Below are positions 25,853 to 36,188 of a stretch of 64,000 bases of DNA, piece after piece. Within the stretch, counting starts at the first letter, position 1. Each line of letters starts with the position of its first letter. Position numbers and translations under genes: made by a program. The DNA is from Candidatus Woesebacteria bacterium (lineage in GTDB: Bacteria; Patescibacteriota; Microgenomatia; UBA8517), in NCBI GenBank assembly GCA_016700095.1, contig CP065002.1, positions 1,188,145 through 1,252,144 on the forward strand, in the 5' to 3' direction. The notes below the pieces were generated by a model. The model had not been told where the DNA came from, made no database searches, and saw only the letters and a program-made list of their open reading frames with translations.

Positions 25853-27532
25853 TTAGTTTTCCTGAACTACTCTTAGTACTTCCTCTATTGTTGTTAAACC
25901 GGCAGAGACTTTGTTTATTCCGTCTTGCAGCATCGTTGTCATGCCCGCTTCTACTGCAGCATCCTGGATCGCATCTCCGGTCGCTTTTTGTACTATCAAC
26001 GAACGGATATTTTCCGCTACGCTGATCACTTCGTATAAGCCGACTCTTCCTTTGTAGGGTTTAATATTCTCGTTTTCGGAATTTCCTCGATAAAACTTTT
26101 GTCCCTTTAGATTAACGTTAAATACTTTTTCAAATTTTTTAATCAGATCAGGTTCAGGAGTATATTTCGTAACCGCCTCAGGGTTAATTTTTCTCACCAA
26201 GCGTTGTGAAATAACACAATTAAGGGTCGACGCCAAAAGAAAATCTTCGATACCCATATCAAGTAATCGTGGGATTGCGCCGGCAGCTGTATTGGTGTGC
26301 AAAGTTGATAAAACCAAATGCCCCGTTAGAGCAGCGTGGACAGCAATTTCGGCTGTTTCTTTGTCGCGGATTTCACCAACCATGATAATGTCCGGATCAT
26401 GACGAAGTAAGGCTCGAAGGCCTGCGGCGAAAGTTAATCCCGTCTTGTCATTTACTTGGATTTGACTTACACGTCCGACACCGTATTCGACAGGATCTTC
26501 GATCGTACATACTTTGACATCAACCGTATTTAACATATTTAAGATTGAATACAGGGTTGTTGTTTTACCCGATCCTGTTGGCCCTGTTACAAGTATCATG
26601 CCATGCGGTTTTGTAATATTTGACTTCACAATCTCCAAACTGGAGCCGGTTAACCCAAGCTCCTCCAAACTATATGGCCGCTGAGATTCATGCAATACCC
26701 TCATAACGACGTTTTCTCCATAAAAACCGGGGATGACGGAAATACGCAAAGCAATAACCTCCTCATTTATTGTAAATTTGTAGCGTCCATCCTGGGGAAT
26801 TCTGTGTTCATCAATTTTCAAAAACGACAAAATTTTTATTCTCGCGACAAGTGCTTCTTCAATACCACGGGGATGTTTAATTATATCTCTCAACATTCCG
26901 TCAATACGAAAACGTACAACCACCTGATCTTCTTGTGTTTCTATGTGAATATCTGATGCTCCTTCGGCTATCGAATAAGCTAAAATTGTGTCCAATATCT
27001 TGATAACAGGAAGTTTCTCCGCCGCCTTTTCCAAGCTCTCGTCACTTTTTTTTGCTTTTTTTAGATTTTCACTAATTACTTCATCGAAATCTTTTTTAAT
27101 GTCATGCTTATAACCACCAAGTGCTTTAGTTACATCCTTTGCGCTTGCATAAAAAGGGACTATGTTTAGCCCGGTATGCCGTTTCGCAAATTCCAATGCT
27201 TCAAAATCTTTCGGATCTGCCATGGCAAGACTTAGGGTGTTGCCCTCTTTTTTAAATGGAATAATGCGATAATTTAATGCTAACTTTTCCGGAATCAGGT
27301 TGATTACTTCCTGCGCTATGTGCACTCTCGACAAGTTAACGCTATCTACTCCAAAGTGATCTGCAATCAACGACCCAAGCGCGTCTTCGCTTAAAAAGCC
27401 TTTGAAAATTATTGTGTCTGCGACGTCTTTACCTAACTCTCTTGCGTCACTTGCAATTTCATCATAGTCAGCCTCAGAAATATAACCTGAATCAATAAGT
27501 ACATCACGGAGCGTTTTTTCGGACAGTTTCAT
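25853..27532 (-). CDS. pilB: Type IV pilus assembly ATPase PilB/GspE
   Basis: Walker A LVTGPTGSGKTTT, Asp box, His box, tetracysteine-less CPR-like C-terminus, N-terminal GSPII domain. Confidence 0.9.
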   Translation of the reverse strand: MKLSEKTLRDVLIDSGYISEADYDEIASDARELGKDVADTIIFKGFLSEDALGSLIADHFGVDSVNLSRVHIAQEVINLIPEKLALNYRIIPFKKEGNTLSLAMADPKDFEALEFAKRHTGLNIVPFYASAKDVTKALGGYKHDIKKDFDEVISENLKKAKKSDESLEKAAEKLPVIKILDTILAYSIAEGASDIHIETQEDQVVVRFRIDGMLRDIIKHPRGIEEALVARIKILSFLKIDEHRIPQDGRYKFTINEEVIALRISVIPGFYGENVVMRVLHESQRPYSLEELGLTGSSLEIVKSNITKPHGMILVTGPTGSGKTTTLYSILNMLNTVDVKVCTIEDPVEYGVGRVSQIQVNDKTGLTFAAGLRALLRHDPDIIMVGEIRDKETAEIAVHAALTGHLVLSTLHTNTAAGAIPRLLDMGIEDFLLASTLNCVISQRLVRKINPEAVTKYTPEPDLIKKFEKVFNVNLKGQKFYRGNSENENIKPYKGRVGLYEVISVAENIRSLIVQKATGDAIQDAAVEAGMTTMLQDGINKVSAGLTTIEEVLRVVQEN

Positions 27533-27676
27533 ATGTGTTAATTATTAACGATTGGCACAAGAGCCTTTATATCATAATAAAGTATACAACGATTAAAAGC
27601 ACACGGTATAGACTAGGATAGTCATTTGTGGAGGATGATACTCTTTTTTGTTAGCGAAATTGCGATAAAAAAAAAT

Positions 27677-28046
27677 ACTCTGGAGGGTAGTAAGCCAGGT
27701 TCTGTTTCACTTCTAATAAAACTATTAGAAAAACAATCATCTATCTAAGCCCTCATCTTCTAAACGTCCCGTACGGTCGGGAAGGCTACCTCAAACGTTT
27801 AATTCGGAGGTTGCAGCGGGGAGGATTGCCCGTTTCACCCCCAGTAAAGTAATTAACTTCTTTGGGAATCGTCTCTGTTGCTCTTAAATTCTGTCAATTC
27901 AGAATTCATGTATAAAAATATACCACTAGCCCTCTCAGGTCACGGCTTACACCGCGCACCCTGCCTTCTGCTGCCTGGACTTTCCTCTCCATCTTTGATC
28001 TATTAAAATATTTCAAGAAGGAGCGATTGTTCTTCCTCCAGAGTAG
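27677..28046 (-). ncRNA. rnpB: RNase P RNA (bacterial type A), rnpB
   Basis: Minus strand has GAGGAAAGTCCAGGC (cf. E. coli M1 GAGGAAAGTCCGGGCTCC), AACAGAACCTGGCTTACTACC (cf. ACAGAACCCGGCTTATCGG), and GGTGCGCGGTGTAAGCCGTGAC (cf. GGGTGCCAGGTAACGCCTGGG). A 10-bp P1 helix ACTCTGGAGG/CCTCCAGAGT closes the molecule. A T9 tract follows the 3' end. Confidence 0.85.
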
Positions 28047-28095
28047 CCGTATTTTACCACACTGAGCTTACTTTTTATAGCGAAATGAGTACGCG

Positions 28096-29085
28096 TTATG
28101 AAGAAATTCTCTTTGCCTGCATATATTCTCTAACAAGAAGTTCGATAATTATTACAACGGGAACGGATATGAAAATACCCACAATCCCCGCCAATCTAAA
28201 TCCAACCGTTAATGCAAGCAGGGTAACGATAGGGTTTACTTTTGCCGACCTTTCCATCACTTTAGGGACAATAAGATAATTTTCAAGTTGTTGCACCAAA
28301 AAATACAATGCAATAACTGCAAGCGCCATCACCGGAGAAACACCAAATCCAATTACGACAGCAGGCGCAGCAGCTATGAATGGACCTAAATACGGAACAA
28401 TCTCAAACATACCAGCAATAATAGCAAGCGGTAAGGCAAGTGGTACTTGCAAAAACATTAGACCGACGTAAATAATAATAAAAATGATAAGCATTAACGA
28501 AGCCTGACCTAACATCCAACCTCCCAATCTTTTTTCTAATATATTGATTATTTTTTCGAATTCTTCTACCGACTTACCGCCAAACACATTTTTCAACTGC
28601 TCCGGAAATCTATCCCGGGCTAAAAGCATATAAAAGGCAAATATCAAAACCGCAACAATGTTTAGAATATTAGAAAATATCGCAATCGCACTTTTGGCAA
28701 CATAACTAGGTAACCTGCCAATTTGCGACAAAGTTTCAACGAGTATTTTCTCACCCAGTATGCTTGATTGACCGATCGACTCATACAGACCAGGTGCAAG
28801 CAAGGCAAGTCTGGTCGATTGATCAACCAAGGCGGGAACTACACCGGCAAGAGACAGTCCAAAAACGGTGATCACAAGAATATATGCAACAAGAATTGAC
28901 AATGCTCTGGGAATTTTAATCTTCTGAAGTCTCGTAACAAGCGGATTCATAATAATTGTTATGAGCGAGGCTACAAAAAGCATCAGAATTATGTCCCGTA
29001 TCAAAAAAACGAGCCACAAACCTAATACAAAAATTGTCGTAAAAATTATTGTTTTATGTGATATTTCGATTGTTAATTTTCGCAT
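28096..29085 (-). CDS. AI-2E family transporter (PerM/YhhT-like permease)
   Basis: 8 TM segments. Conserved C-terminal EIVPYLGPFIAAAP motif of the AI-2E/UPF0118 family. Confidence 0.65.
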   Translation of the reverse strand: MRKLTIEISHKTIIFTTIFVLGLWLVFLIRDIILMLFVASLITIIMNPLVTRLQKIKIPRALSILVAYILVITVFGLSLAGVVPALVDQSTRLALLAPGLYESIGQSSILGEKILVETLSQIGRLPSYVAKSAIAIFSNILNIVAVLIFAFYMLLARDRFPEQLKNVFGGKSVEEFEKIINILEKRLGGWMLGQASLMLIIFIIIYVGLMFLQVPLALPLAIIAGMFEIVPYLGPFIAAAPAVVIGFGVSPVMALAVIALYFLVQQLENYLIVPKVMERSAKVNPIVTLLALTVGFRLAGIVGIFISVPVVIIIELLVREYMQAKRISS

Positions 29086-30053
29086 GTGTATTCCTGATTA
29101 TGCCATTTTTTTACGTTTTCTTCTACCTTGTGATAATACTTCTTGTCTTCTATGTCATACCAGGCTATGTGTTTTTGTTTTCTAAACCATGTCATTTGTC
29201 TTTTAGCATAAACATGTTCAGCACGTTTCCACATCGTTGCGGCTACTTGTCTGGTCACAGTATTGTTTAGTGCCAAAAGCCACTCTTTGTAACCGATTGT
29301 CCTTGCCGGAGCCTGATTGATATATCCTTCCTGTGCCAACAACGCCATTTCCGCGTCTAATTCAGGACTAATGCGCATCATAACTCGTTGGTCAATTCTA
29401 TTGTTCAAATTTTGCCTGTCAGACATAGTCAACCCTATCCAAAAGGCATCGTATTTGGGTTGTGGTTTCCGGTTCTCCAATTCTCCTAAATGTTTGGTGA
29501 CCTCTATGGCTCTAATTAACCGTCGAGGATTTTTTTGATCCGAAGAGTTAAGCGACATAGCTTTACGAGGGTTAATCAACAACAGCATTCGATACAGGTC
29601 GGCAGCCGACGTATCAGTAAGCTGATCTCGCAATTCGTTATTTACCGGTACGCGCGCTGTCTGAATTCCGTCTACCACCCCCGATATGTAAAATCCCGTA
29701 CCACCAACCAGTATCGGTAATTTATTTCTACTGATAATATTCTCAATTATTTTTTCCGTTACTTCCATAAAGGAAGAAACGTTAAAATTGTAACTTGGAT
29801 CCACTAGATCGTAACCCCAAATCCGAATATTATCGGTCTCCCAATATCCAACATTACTTCCATTAAACTGAATAGCTGATGATAACCAAACTGCTTTGTC
29901 GGGGATATCTTTGCCGGTTATGACATTCATATATTTGTACACCTGCCGTGAATCGGCTGAAATTAGCTCCCCGTTAAATTTCTTAGCCAAATATAACGCG
30001 AGGTGTGTTTTGCCGGTCGCAGTTGGCCCACATATCACCAACAGTTTGTTCAT
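29073..30053 (-). CDS. miaA: tRNA dimethylallyltransferase MiaA
   Basis: P-loop ICGPTATGKT, ...ISADSRQVY..., and C-terminal zinc-finger-less bacterial-type extension. Confidence 0.9.
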   Translation of the reverse strand: MNKLLVICGPTATGKTHLALYLAKKFNGELISADSRQVYKYMNVITGKDIPDKAVWLSSAIQFNGSNVGYWETDNIRIWGYDLVDPSYNFNVSSFMEVTEKIIENIISRNKLPILVGGTGFYISGVVDGIQTARVPVNNELRDQLTDTSAADLYRMLLLINPRKAMSLNSSDQKNPRRLIRAIEVTKHLGELENRKPQPKYDAFWIGLTMSDRQNLNNRIDQRVMMRISPELDAEMALLAQEGYINQAPARTIGYKEWLLALNNTVTRQVAATMWKRAEHVYAKRQMTWFRKQKHIAWYDIEDKKYYHKVEENVKKWHNQEYTCEN

Positions 30054-30231
30054 GGTGATATTATACCAATTATTCGCGTCTTTATAAGTAATTTAATTTC
30101 TCTTAATTGGCAATTCAACGTTATTTATCGCGTGGATAAAGTTGTCTTACCTCCGAAGGCGGAATAAAGGCGCCACGGACCTTGGTTCACGGAGTATCAT
30201 TAATTAAATTATAATTTGTTATAATCCAAAC

Positions 30232-30942
30232 ATGACATCTTTTCGAGGTAGAAAATTACACAATGAAGCGGAAATCGCCAGAGAAAAAAAGCAGGATTTT
30301 ATAAAGTCGCTGCAAATTCTTGATGAAGCAATTTTAGTATACGAAAAAGATGGCGACCTACAAGGTTTCTCGGAAGCGCTCCAATCAAGGTCATCCGTTT
30401 TTAAGCATCTTTATCAGCAAACCGGCGACGCCGCTTTTTTGGTTGTCGCAAAACACGATTCCCTCGCAGGAGTTGAAATTGCAGAAAGTTTAACCGACAA
30501 ATCGGCACTAGCAATGTCTTATCGCGGAGCAGCAAAGGTGTTTGAACAACTTTTAGATTGGGAAAATGCCCAGAAGTATTTCCAGATGGCTGTTAAAGCA
30601 TTCGCACAAAATCCCCCCAAAGAAAACGCGCGCCCGGCGGTCTTGTATGACATGAAGGCTCATCTGGGATATGCGACATTTATGTTTAGACAAAAGAAAA
30701 TTGGACTTAAGATTATAAATGATGCAATAAAAAACTTACTTAATGATTTAACCGAGGAAAAGTATAACAGGGATGTTTGGCTTTCAGGTGCTTACATGCG
30801 CCTTGCGACTATGCTATGGTACACCGATAAAAACAAGGCTAAAACCAGTCTTGATCAAGCTGAGGCAATCATCAACTCAAATTCCGATCTTACGCTTCGG
30901 TCGAGCCAACTAAAGAAGTTGAAAAGTAAACTTGGAGTCTAA
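30232..30942 (+). CDS. Hypothetical all-helical (TPR-like) protein
   Basis: 236 aa. Repeated amphipathic helices. No catalytic motif recognised. Confidence 0.35.
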   Translation: MTSFRGRKLHNEAEIAREKKQDFIKSLQILDEAILVYEKDGDLQGFSEALQSRSSVFKHLYQQTGDAAFLVVAKHDSLAGVEIAESLTDKSALAMSYRGAAKVFEQLLDWENAQKYFQMAVKAFAQNPPKENARPAVLYDMKAHLGYATFMFRQKKIGLKIINDAIKNLLNDLTEEKYNRDVWLSGAYMRLATMLWYTDKNKAKTSLDQAEAIINSNSDLTLRSSQLKKLKSKLGV

Positions 30943-30961
30943 AGAACCTTATACCAACAGT

Positions 30962-31252
30962 CTATTTCTTCACCTGGCGTTTTAATTTCTTCCCGGGAGT
31001 AAAACTGGGATACGGATGTGGTTTAATATTTACCAGTTTCTCAGTGTTAGGAATTTTTACTGTTTTTCCTTCCATTCTAATTGTCTTGAAGGTTCCAAAT
31101 CCGGATATCAAAACTTTACTGTCTACACCTTTTGATAAAAACCTACCGATTTCATCAAAAATTACCTCAACGGCTTCGGTGGCTGCTCTTTTGGGCATAT
31201 GAGCCTTGCGAGCAACAATCTCTATCAATTCGCCTTTTTTCATCTTTGCCAT
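30962..31252 (-). CDS. hup: DNA-binding protein HU/IHF family
   Basis: MAKMKKGELIEIVA...GFGTFKTIRMEGKTVKIPNT..., a typical HU arm. C-terminal Lys-rich tail. Confidence 0.9.
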   Translation of the reverse strand: MAKMKKGELIEIVARKAHMPKRAATEAVEVIFDEIGRFLSKGVDSKVLISGFGTFKTIRMEGKTVKIPNTEKLVNIKPHPYPSFTPGKKLKRQVKK

Positions 31253-31304
31253 ATCTAGCTTGAGAGGATATTAGAAAAGAATAATTTTGTCAAGTGCTAT
31301 GCAA

Positions 31305-32558
31305 TTATCGAGCTGCAGTAGTTTCCATAGCTCTAACTTCTCTGACAACGGTAACTTTAATTCTTCCGACGTATTCCGCTTCCTTTTCAAGTCTTCGAGC
31401 AACTTCTCTTGCCAATATGGTGATCGCATCGTCATCTACTTCTTCTGGTTTAACAATTATGCGCACATCTCTTCCGGCTTGAAAGGCATATGCTTTATCA
31501 ACTCCCTTAAAGCTTGTCGCAATATCCTCAATTTTGTCCATTCTTTTCAAATAGTCTTCGTGAGGTTCGTATCTGGCTCCGGGCCTTGAGCCGGACACCG
31601 CATCTGCAATCCAAACGATTACCGACTCAACTGCTGAAAATGGTTTATCTTCATGGTGTTCGGCAACGGCATTAATTACTCCCTTGGGAAACCCGTGCTT
31701 TTTTAACAATTTAACGCCTAATTCAATATGGGTTCCTTCGTCTTCGGTGATCACTTTTCCAATATCAGCGAGCATACATCCCAATCTGGTTACTTCGACG
31801 TCTGCACCGATTTCATTTGCTATCGCCACGCCAATCTTTACTTCTTCAATCGTATGTACGGCAAGATTTTGACCATATGAAGTTCTAAACCTAAACCTTC
31901 CAAGGAGCATAATTATTTCGTTGGGTAAATTAAATACTCCGCATTCTTCGGCAATTTTTTGACCTTCTTCCATGAGGATATCATCCATTTGTGTTTTGGT
32001 CTTTTTGACAACATCTTCAATGCGTGACGGTTGAATCCTGGTATCTTTTAGTAATTCAACAAGCGAACGTCTTGCTATTTCACGTCGAATTGAATCAAAG
32101 GAAGAAATTCGGATAGAATTACCCTCATCCAGCTCCAACTCAACTCCGGTTGCTTTTTCAAATGCTCTAATGTTTCTGCCTTCACGACCAATTATTCGAC
32201 CCTTTACGTCTTCATCGGCAACAGGAACCGTAGAAACCGTATAGTCTGCTGAATAAGTCGTTGCTCCATTTTTCATAGCCATTACCAAGATTTCTTCCGC
32301 TTCTTTTTTACTTTCGGCTCGTATTTTTTCTTCCGCGGCTCTTATTCTTTTGGCGATCTCGCCCTTTAATTCCCGTTCAATTTCGGCAAGTAACGTTTTT
32401 TCTGCTTCACCCGGAGTCATTTTGGAAATTCCGGCCAGTAACTGTTTTACTTCCGCTTCACGCAAAGCCAACGCTTCTTCTTTTTTTGCAAGCTCTTTTC
32501 TTTCCGATTTTATTTCGGAAAGTAATTCCTTCAATTCTTTGTCATCGGATTTATCCAT
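31305..32558 (-). CDS. rny: Ribonuclease Y (KH + HD domains), lacking the usual N-terminal membrane anchor
   Basis: KH motif GRIIGREGRNIRAFE. HD-domain His/Asp residues (...AVAEHHED...). N-terminal coiled-coil region but no hydrophobic helix before it. Confidence 0.85.
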   Translation of the reverse strand: MDKSDDKELKELLSEIKSERKELAKKEEALALREAEVKQLLAGISKMTPGEAEKTLLAEIERELKGEIAKRIRAAEEKIRAESKKEAEEILVMAMKNGATTYSADYTVSTVPVADEDVKGRIIGREGRNIRAFEKATGVELELDEGNSIRISSFDSIRREIARRSLVELLKDTRIQPSRIEDVVKKTKTQMDDILMEEGQKIAEECGVFNLPNEIIMLLGRFRFRTSYGQNLAVHTIEEVKIGVAIANEIGADVEVTRLGCMLADIGKVITEDEGTHIELGVKLLKKHGFPKGVINAVAEHHEDKPFSAVESVIVWIADAVSGSRPGARYEPHEDYLKRMDKIEDIATSFKGVDKAYAFQAGRDVRIIVKPEEVDDDAITILAREVARRLEKEAEYVGRIKVTVVREVRAMETTAAR

Positions 32559-32702
32559 AGGTTAATTTATAAAACAAGTGAAGCAAGGAAACACAACCCT
32601 TAAGAAAGACTTTTCAAGGGAAAATTAGTTTTAACAAAGTAATATCTGTTAAAGATAATCCTCTTCTTCACATTCATATTGTACTTTTTGTACCCTTTTT
32701 AG

Positions 32703-33305
32703 TCAAACGACTTTTTTTATTGTTTCCCAACTAAACCCTTTTCTGGCTAAATATTCAGTTTTTTTCTTTTTTGCTTCGAGTTTTCCTAAATTCCGCCATT
32801 TGTAATCGCGTTGTGCGATCAATCGTGAAGCATGTGATACGTCGTCCGGCATTTTTTTACTAAATATTTCATCAATTACTTGCTTGCTTATTCCCTTATT
32901 GTGAAGTTCAAACTCCAGTTGCCTTTTTGATCTGGGGCGAAAACTTTCTCTTTGATCAATCCACCAATTAGCAAAATTTAGGTCGTTAAGCAATTCCAAA
33001 CTCTTTAGTTTATCAAACACCTTTTCATGGCTCTCGGATGGTACTTTCTTTCGTTGAAGCCAATCATAGATTTCCTTCTCACTCCGTGGCCGCATTGTAC
33101 AAAAAGCTATCAAGCGATTGATCGTATTACGGTATTGTCCTTCATTGATAAGATTATTGATTTCGTCATTGGAATAAACATTTCCAACTTTTATCTGACT
33201 TATAACAAAAGTTTCCAAATCCAAACCAAACCCAAATTTGTTGTCCAGGTAAACATTAACTCTGTTTTTGGTTTTCTGGGGTTTTATGGCAGTGATCGAC
33301 GGCAT
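32703..33305 (-). CDS. recX: RecA regulator RecX
   Basis: Three-repeat helical RecX architecture, 200 aa, immediately downstream of recA. Confidence 0.6.
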   Translation of the reverse strand: MPSITAIKPQKTKNRVNVYLDNKFGFGLDLETFVISQIKVGNVYSNDEINNLINEGQYRNTINRLIAFCTMRPRSEKEIYDWLQRKKVPSESHEKVFDKLKSLELLNDLNFANWWIDQRESFRPRSKRQLEFELHNKGISKQVIDEIFSKKMPDDVSHASRLIAQRDYKWRNLGKLEAKKKKTEYLARKGFSWETIKKVV

Positions 33306-33483
33306 AAATACAATTTTACAGTAATAGTAAAGATTTCGGAAAATGTAATAATTATCTCATAGCAAACTAAGTTTCTTGACACTTCATCTACCAAAAACTG
33401 CCGTGTTATTAAAAATTAGTGTCCACGTATCTTCAAAATTCGAAGATCGGTACTGATAATCTTAGTGGGGAAGTAAAATTAGA

Positions 33484-34590
33484 TCAGATTTCACTATCAA
33501 GAGAAGTAGCGTTTCCATTATCGGCTTCCCCTAACTCCTTTGGTATTTCTTTGCCGGAACTTGCTCTTGCTAAAATTTTATTTTCAATTTCTTTCGCAAT
33601 TTTAGCATCGTTTTTCAACAAAGCCTTTGCACCCTCCCTGCCTTGTGCCAAAACTTTTCCATCCAGATAATAAAATGCCCCTTTCTTTTGTAAAATATTC
33701 AAATCACAACCCACATCCAAAAGCCCTCCAGATCTAGAGATGCCTTCACCCGACATAATATCAAGTTCCGCTACCCTAAGTGGCGGGGCGACCTTATTTT
33801 TGACAACTCTCACTCTGTGCCGTGAACCAATTACTTCATCTGCATCTTTTAGAATCTCAATTCTTCTGATGTCCAGTCTAACGGATGAATAAAACTTCAA
33901 CGCCAATCCACCTGGTGTTGTTTCAGGGTTTCCAAACATTACACCTATTTTCTGTCGAAGTTGGTTGGTAAAAATTAGAATCGTTTTTGATTTCGAAATA
34001 GCACCTGTCAACTTTCTCAACGCCTGACTCATGAGTCTCGCTTGGAGCCCAATTACGGCATCTCCCATTTCACCCTCCAATTCAGCGCGCGGAACCAAAG
34101 CGGCTACGCTATCGACAACAATTACATCAAGTGCACCTGACCGAATAAGCGTTTCTGTGATTTCCAAAGCTTGTTCACCCGTGTCCGGTTGCGATAACAA
34201 TAAATTATCAAGATCAACCCCAATTGCCTCAGCCCACGTCGGATCGATTGCATGTTCCGCATCCACAAAAGCACACTGTCCGCCTTTTTTTTGTGCCTCG
34301 GCAATAACATGAAGAGCAATTGTTGTTTTTCCTGATGCTTCAGGTCCATAAATTTCTACGATACGACCCCGGGGAATACCACCGACACCCATAGCCAAAT
34401 CCAAAGCAATTGATCCGGTTGGAATTACATCTATCTTTAAATGCGAGTCTGCACGTTCTCCAAGACGCATAATAGATCCTTTTCCATACTGATTTTCTAT
34501 TTGATCCATCGCGATTTTTATCGCCTGAAGCTTTGATGCAGAGTCGTTTTGTTTAGTTACCGAACCTGTTTCTTTCTTCTTTCTTGCCAT
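33484..34590 (-). CDS. recA: Recombinase RecA
   Basis: [29 protein letters not shown] (Walker A), L1/L2 loops, 368 aa. Confidence 0.95.
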   Translation of the reverse strand: MARKKKETGSVTKQNDSASKLQAIKIAMDQIENQYGKGSIMRLGERADSHLKIDVIPTGSIALDLAMGVGGIPRGRIVEIYGPEASGKTTIALHVIAEAQKKGGQCAFVDAEHAIDPTWAEAIGVDLDNLLLSQPDTGEQALEITETLIRSGALDVIVVDSVAALVPRAELEGEMGDAVIGLQARLMSQALRKLTGAISKSKTILIFTNQLRQKIGVMFGNPETTPGGLALKFYSSVRLDIRRIEILKDADEVIGSRHRVRVVKNKVAPPLRVAELDIMSGEGISRSGGLLDVGCDLNILQKKGAFYYLDGKVLAQGREGAKALLKNDAKIAKEIENKILARASSGKEIPKELGEADNGNATSLDSEI

Positions 34591-34694
34591 ACTGGTATTC
34601 TTGTAACATACCGAGAAAATAAAAACAACAGGTAAATTACCTTATAGTTATACATAAAATGTATGTACCAGAAATTACTCTTACACATTAAACT

Positions 34695-35198
34695 ATGATT
34701 AAGTATCGCTATTGCCCTCAGTGTAAAAACAAGCTAGATAAGAAAGGCCCCCACTTTCTGTGCAAAGAATGTGAAGTAACGATTTATACAAATCCCAAAC
34801 CGACTGCGTGTGTGTTTATAGTAAATAAAGGTAAAGTGCTTATAAATAAACGCGCAGTTCCTCCTAAAGCAAATACCTACGATATTCCAGGGGGATTTTT
34901 GGAGCCAGGGGAAAGTCCATCGGAAGCAGCCATACGCGAAATCAAAGAGGAAACCGGTCTTACTATCAAATTGCTTGCCATTGTTGGCATCTACAAAGAA
35001 GTTTATGACGGCTACGATCTTATTAATATATTTTATGCAGGTGAAATACTAAGCGGCAAACTAACCGCCGCGGACGACGTGAAAGATTTGGCGTGGGTTC
35101 GAATTGATCAAATTCCAAAAATGGGTTTTAATAGCGTTAATCAAGCAGTCGATGATTTCAAAATTTGGCACCAAAATATATCTTCAAAAAAAGTCTGA
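34695..35198 (+). CDS. NUDIX hydrolase with an N-terminal C4 zinc ribbon (NudC/ADP-ribose pyrophosphatase-like)
   Basis: CPQCKNKL...CKECE zinc ribbon. Nudix box GGFLEPGESPSEAAIREIKEETGL. Confidence 0.75.
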   Translation: MIKYRYCPQCKNKLDKKGPHFLCKECEVTIYTNPKPTACVFIVNKGKVLINKRAVPPKANTYDIPGGFLEPGESPSEAAIREIKEETGLTIKLLAIVGIYKEVYDGYDLINIFYAGEILSGKLTAADDVKDLAWVRIDQIPKMGFNSVNQAVDDFKIWHQNISSKKV

Positions 35199-35218
35199 AA
35201 TAGTCTATACTTTACGTT

Positions 35219-35983
35219 ATGGAACTGCTTGTAATTCTTTTCGTTGTTTTTTTGATTCTCATTGCCTCTCTCAAACAAATTAATGAATATGAAAGAGGGG
35301 TCGTATACACAATGGGGAAATATTCCGGAATAGTAAACCCAGGCTGGAGAATAGTTATCCCCATTTTCCAAACTTTTTTAAAAGTGGACATGCGTACCAA
35401 GGCAGTTGATGTACCCAAACAGGAAACAATTACCAAAGACAATGTAAGTTGTAAAATGAATGCTGTCATTTATTACAAAGTTGCGGATGCTGCAAAAACT
35501 ATCAATGAGGTCGAAAATGTGTATTGGGCAGTAAGTCAACTTGCTCAGACCACCATGCGCAGGATTGTCGGTGAAGTTGAGCTTGATGAGTTATTACAAA
35601 ACCGTGAGAAGGTAGCAAGCGCGATACTCAAAATTATTGATACCATGACTGACCCTTGGGGGATTGACGTCGAAAGCGTTGAGTTAAAAGATATGGAACT
35701 TCCCGACAACATGGTTAGAACCATGGCAAAGCAAGCCGAAGCCGAAAGAGAAAAAAGGGCAACAATAATTAGTAGCCATGCGGAAGTGCAAGCGGCGGAT
35801 AATTTAGCTCATGCCGCAAAGATTATGGCGAGTTCCCCCGGAGCACTACATCTTAGGACGTTAAATTCAATAAACGATATTTCGTCTGATGAGTCAAATA
35901 CCGTAGTTTTTGCGGTACCACTTGAGATCCTACGGGCAATCGAGGGATTGGGCAACATTCTTCCTAAAACTTCTAAAAAGTAG
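35219..35983 (+). CDS. SPFH/band-7 (stomatin/prohibitin-like) membrane protein
   Basis: N-terminal TM LLVILFVVFLILIASL. SPFH core ...VDMRTKAVDVPKQETITKDNV...AVIYYKV. C-terminal coiled coil AKQAEAEREKRA. Confidence 0.85.
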   Translation: MELLVILFVVFLILIASLKQINEYERGVVYTMGKYSGIVNPGWRIVIPIFQTFLKVDMRTKAVDVPKQETITKDNVSCKMNAVIYYKVADAAKTINEVENVYWAVSQLAQTTMRRIVGEVELDELLQNREKVASAILKIIDTMTDPWGIDVESVELKDMELPDNMVRTMAKQAEAEREKRATIISSHAEVQAADNLAHAAKIMASSPGALHLRTLNSINDISSDESNTVVFAVPLEILRAIEGLGNILPKTSKK

Positions 35984-35994
35984 GTGATTTTACT

Positions 35995-36068
35995 TGGTCG
36001 GGGTACTGAGAATCGAACTCAGATCGGACGGCCCCCAGCCGCCCATTCTACCACTAAACTATACCCCG
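35995..36068 (-). tRNA. tRNA-Pro (anticodon GGG)
   Basis: Minus-strand CGGGGTA-TA-GTTT-AGTGGTA-GAAT-G-GGCGG-CTGGGGG-CCGTC-CGAT-CTGAG-TTCGATT-CTCAG-TACCCCG-A-CCA. Perfect 7-bp acceptor stem (C1:G72, as in bacterial tRNA-Pro), perfect T arm with TTCGATT loop, U33, encoded CCA. D stem weak (G-U pairs). Confidence 0.8.
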
Positions 36069-36188
36069 CAATACTTCGTAACGCTTATTATAGCAGTATA
36101 AAAATTACAATCGTAAAATAAAATGTTTTTTGGCTGGTTTTCCTACATTAAGGAAACATCATAGAATTTCTGCTAGTATGAATTAACG

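Noticed and set aside
35995-36068. Concern that the tRNA-Pro call is spurious because the D stem is weak (GTTT/GAAT with G-U pairs)
   Set aside because: Not rejected as a feature. It is retained because the acceptor stem (7/7 with C1:G72), T arm, U33, GGG anticodon loop and encoded CCA are all canonical. It is recorded here as a caveat.
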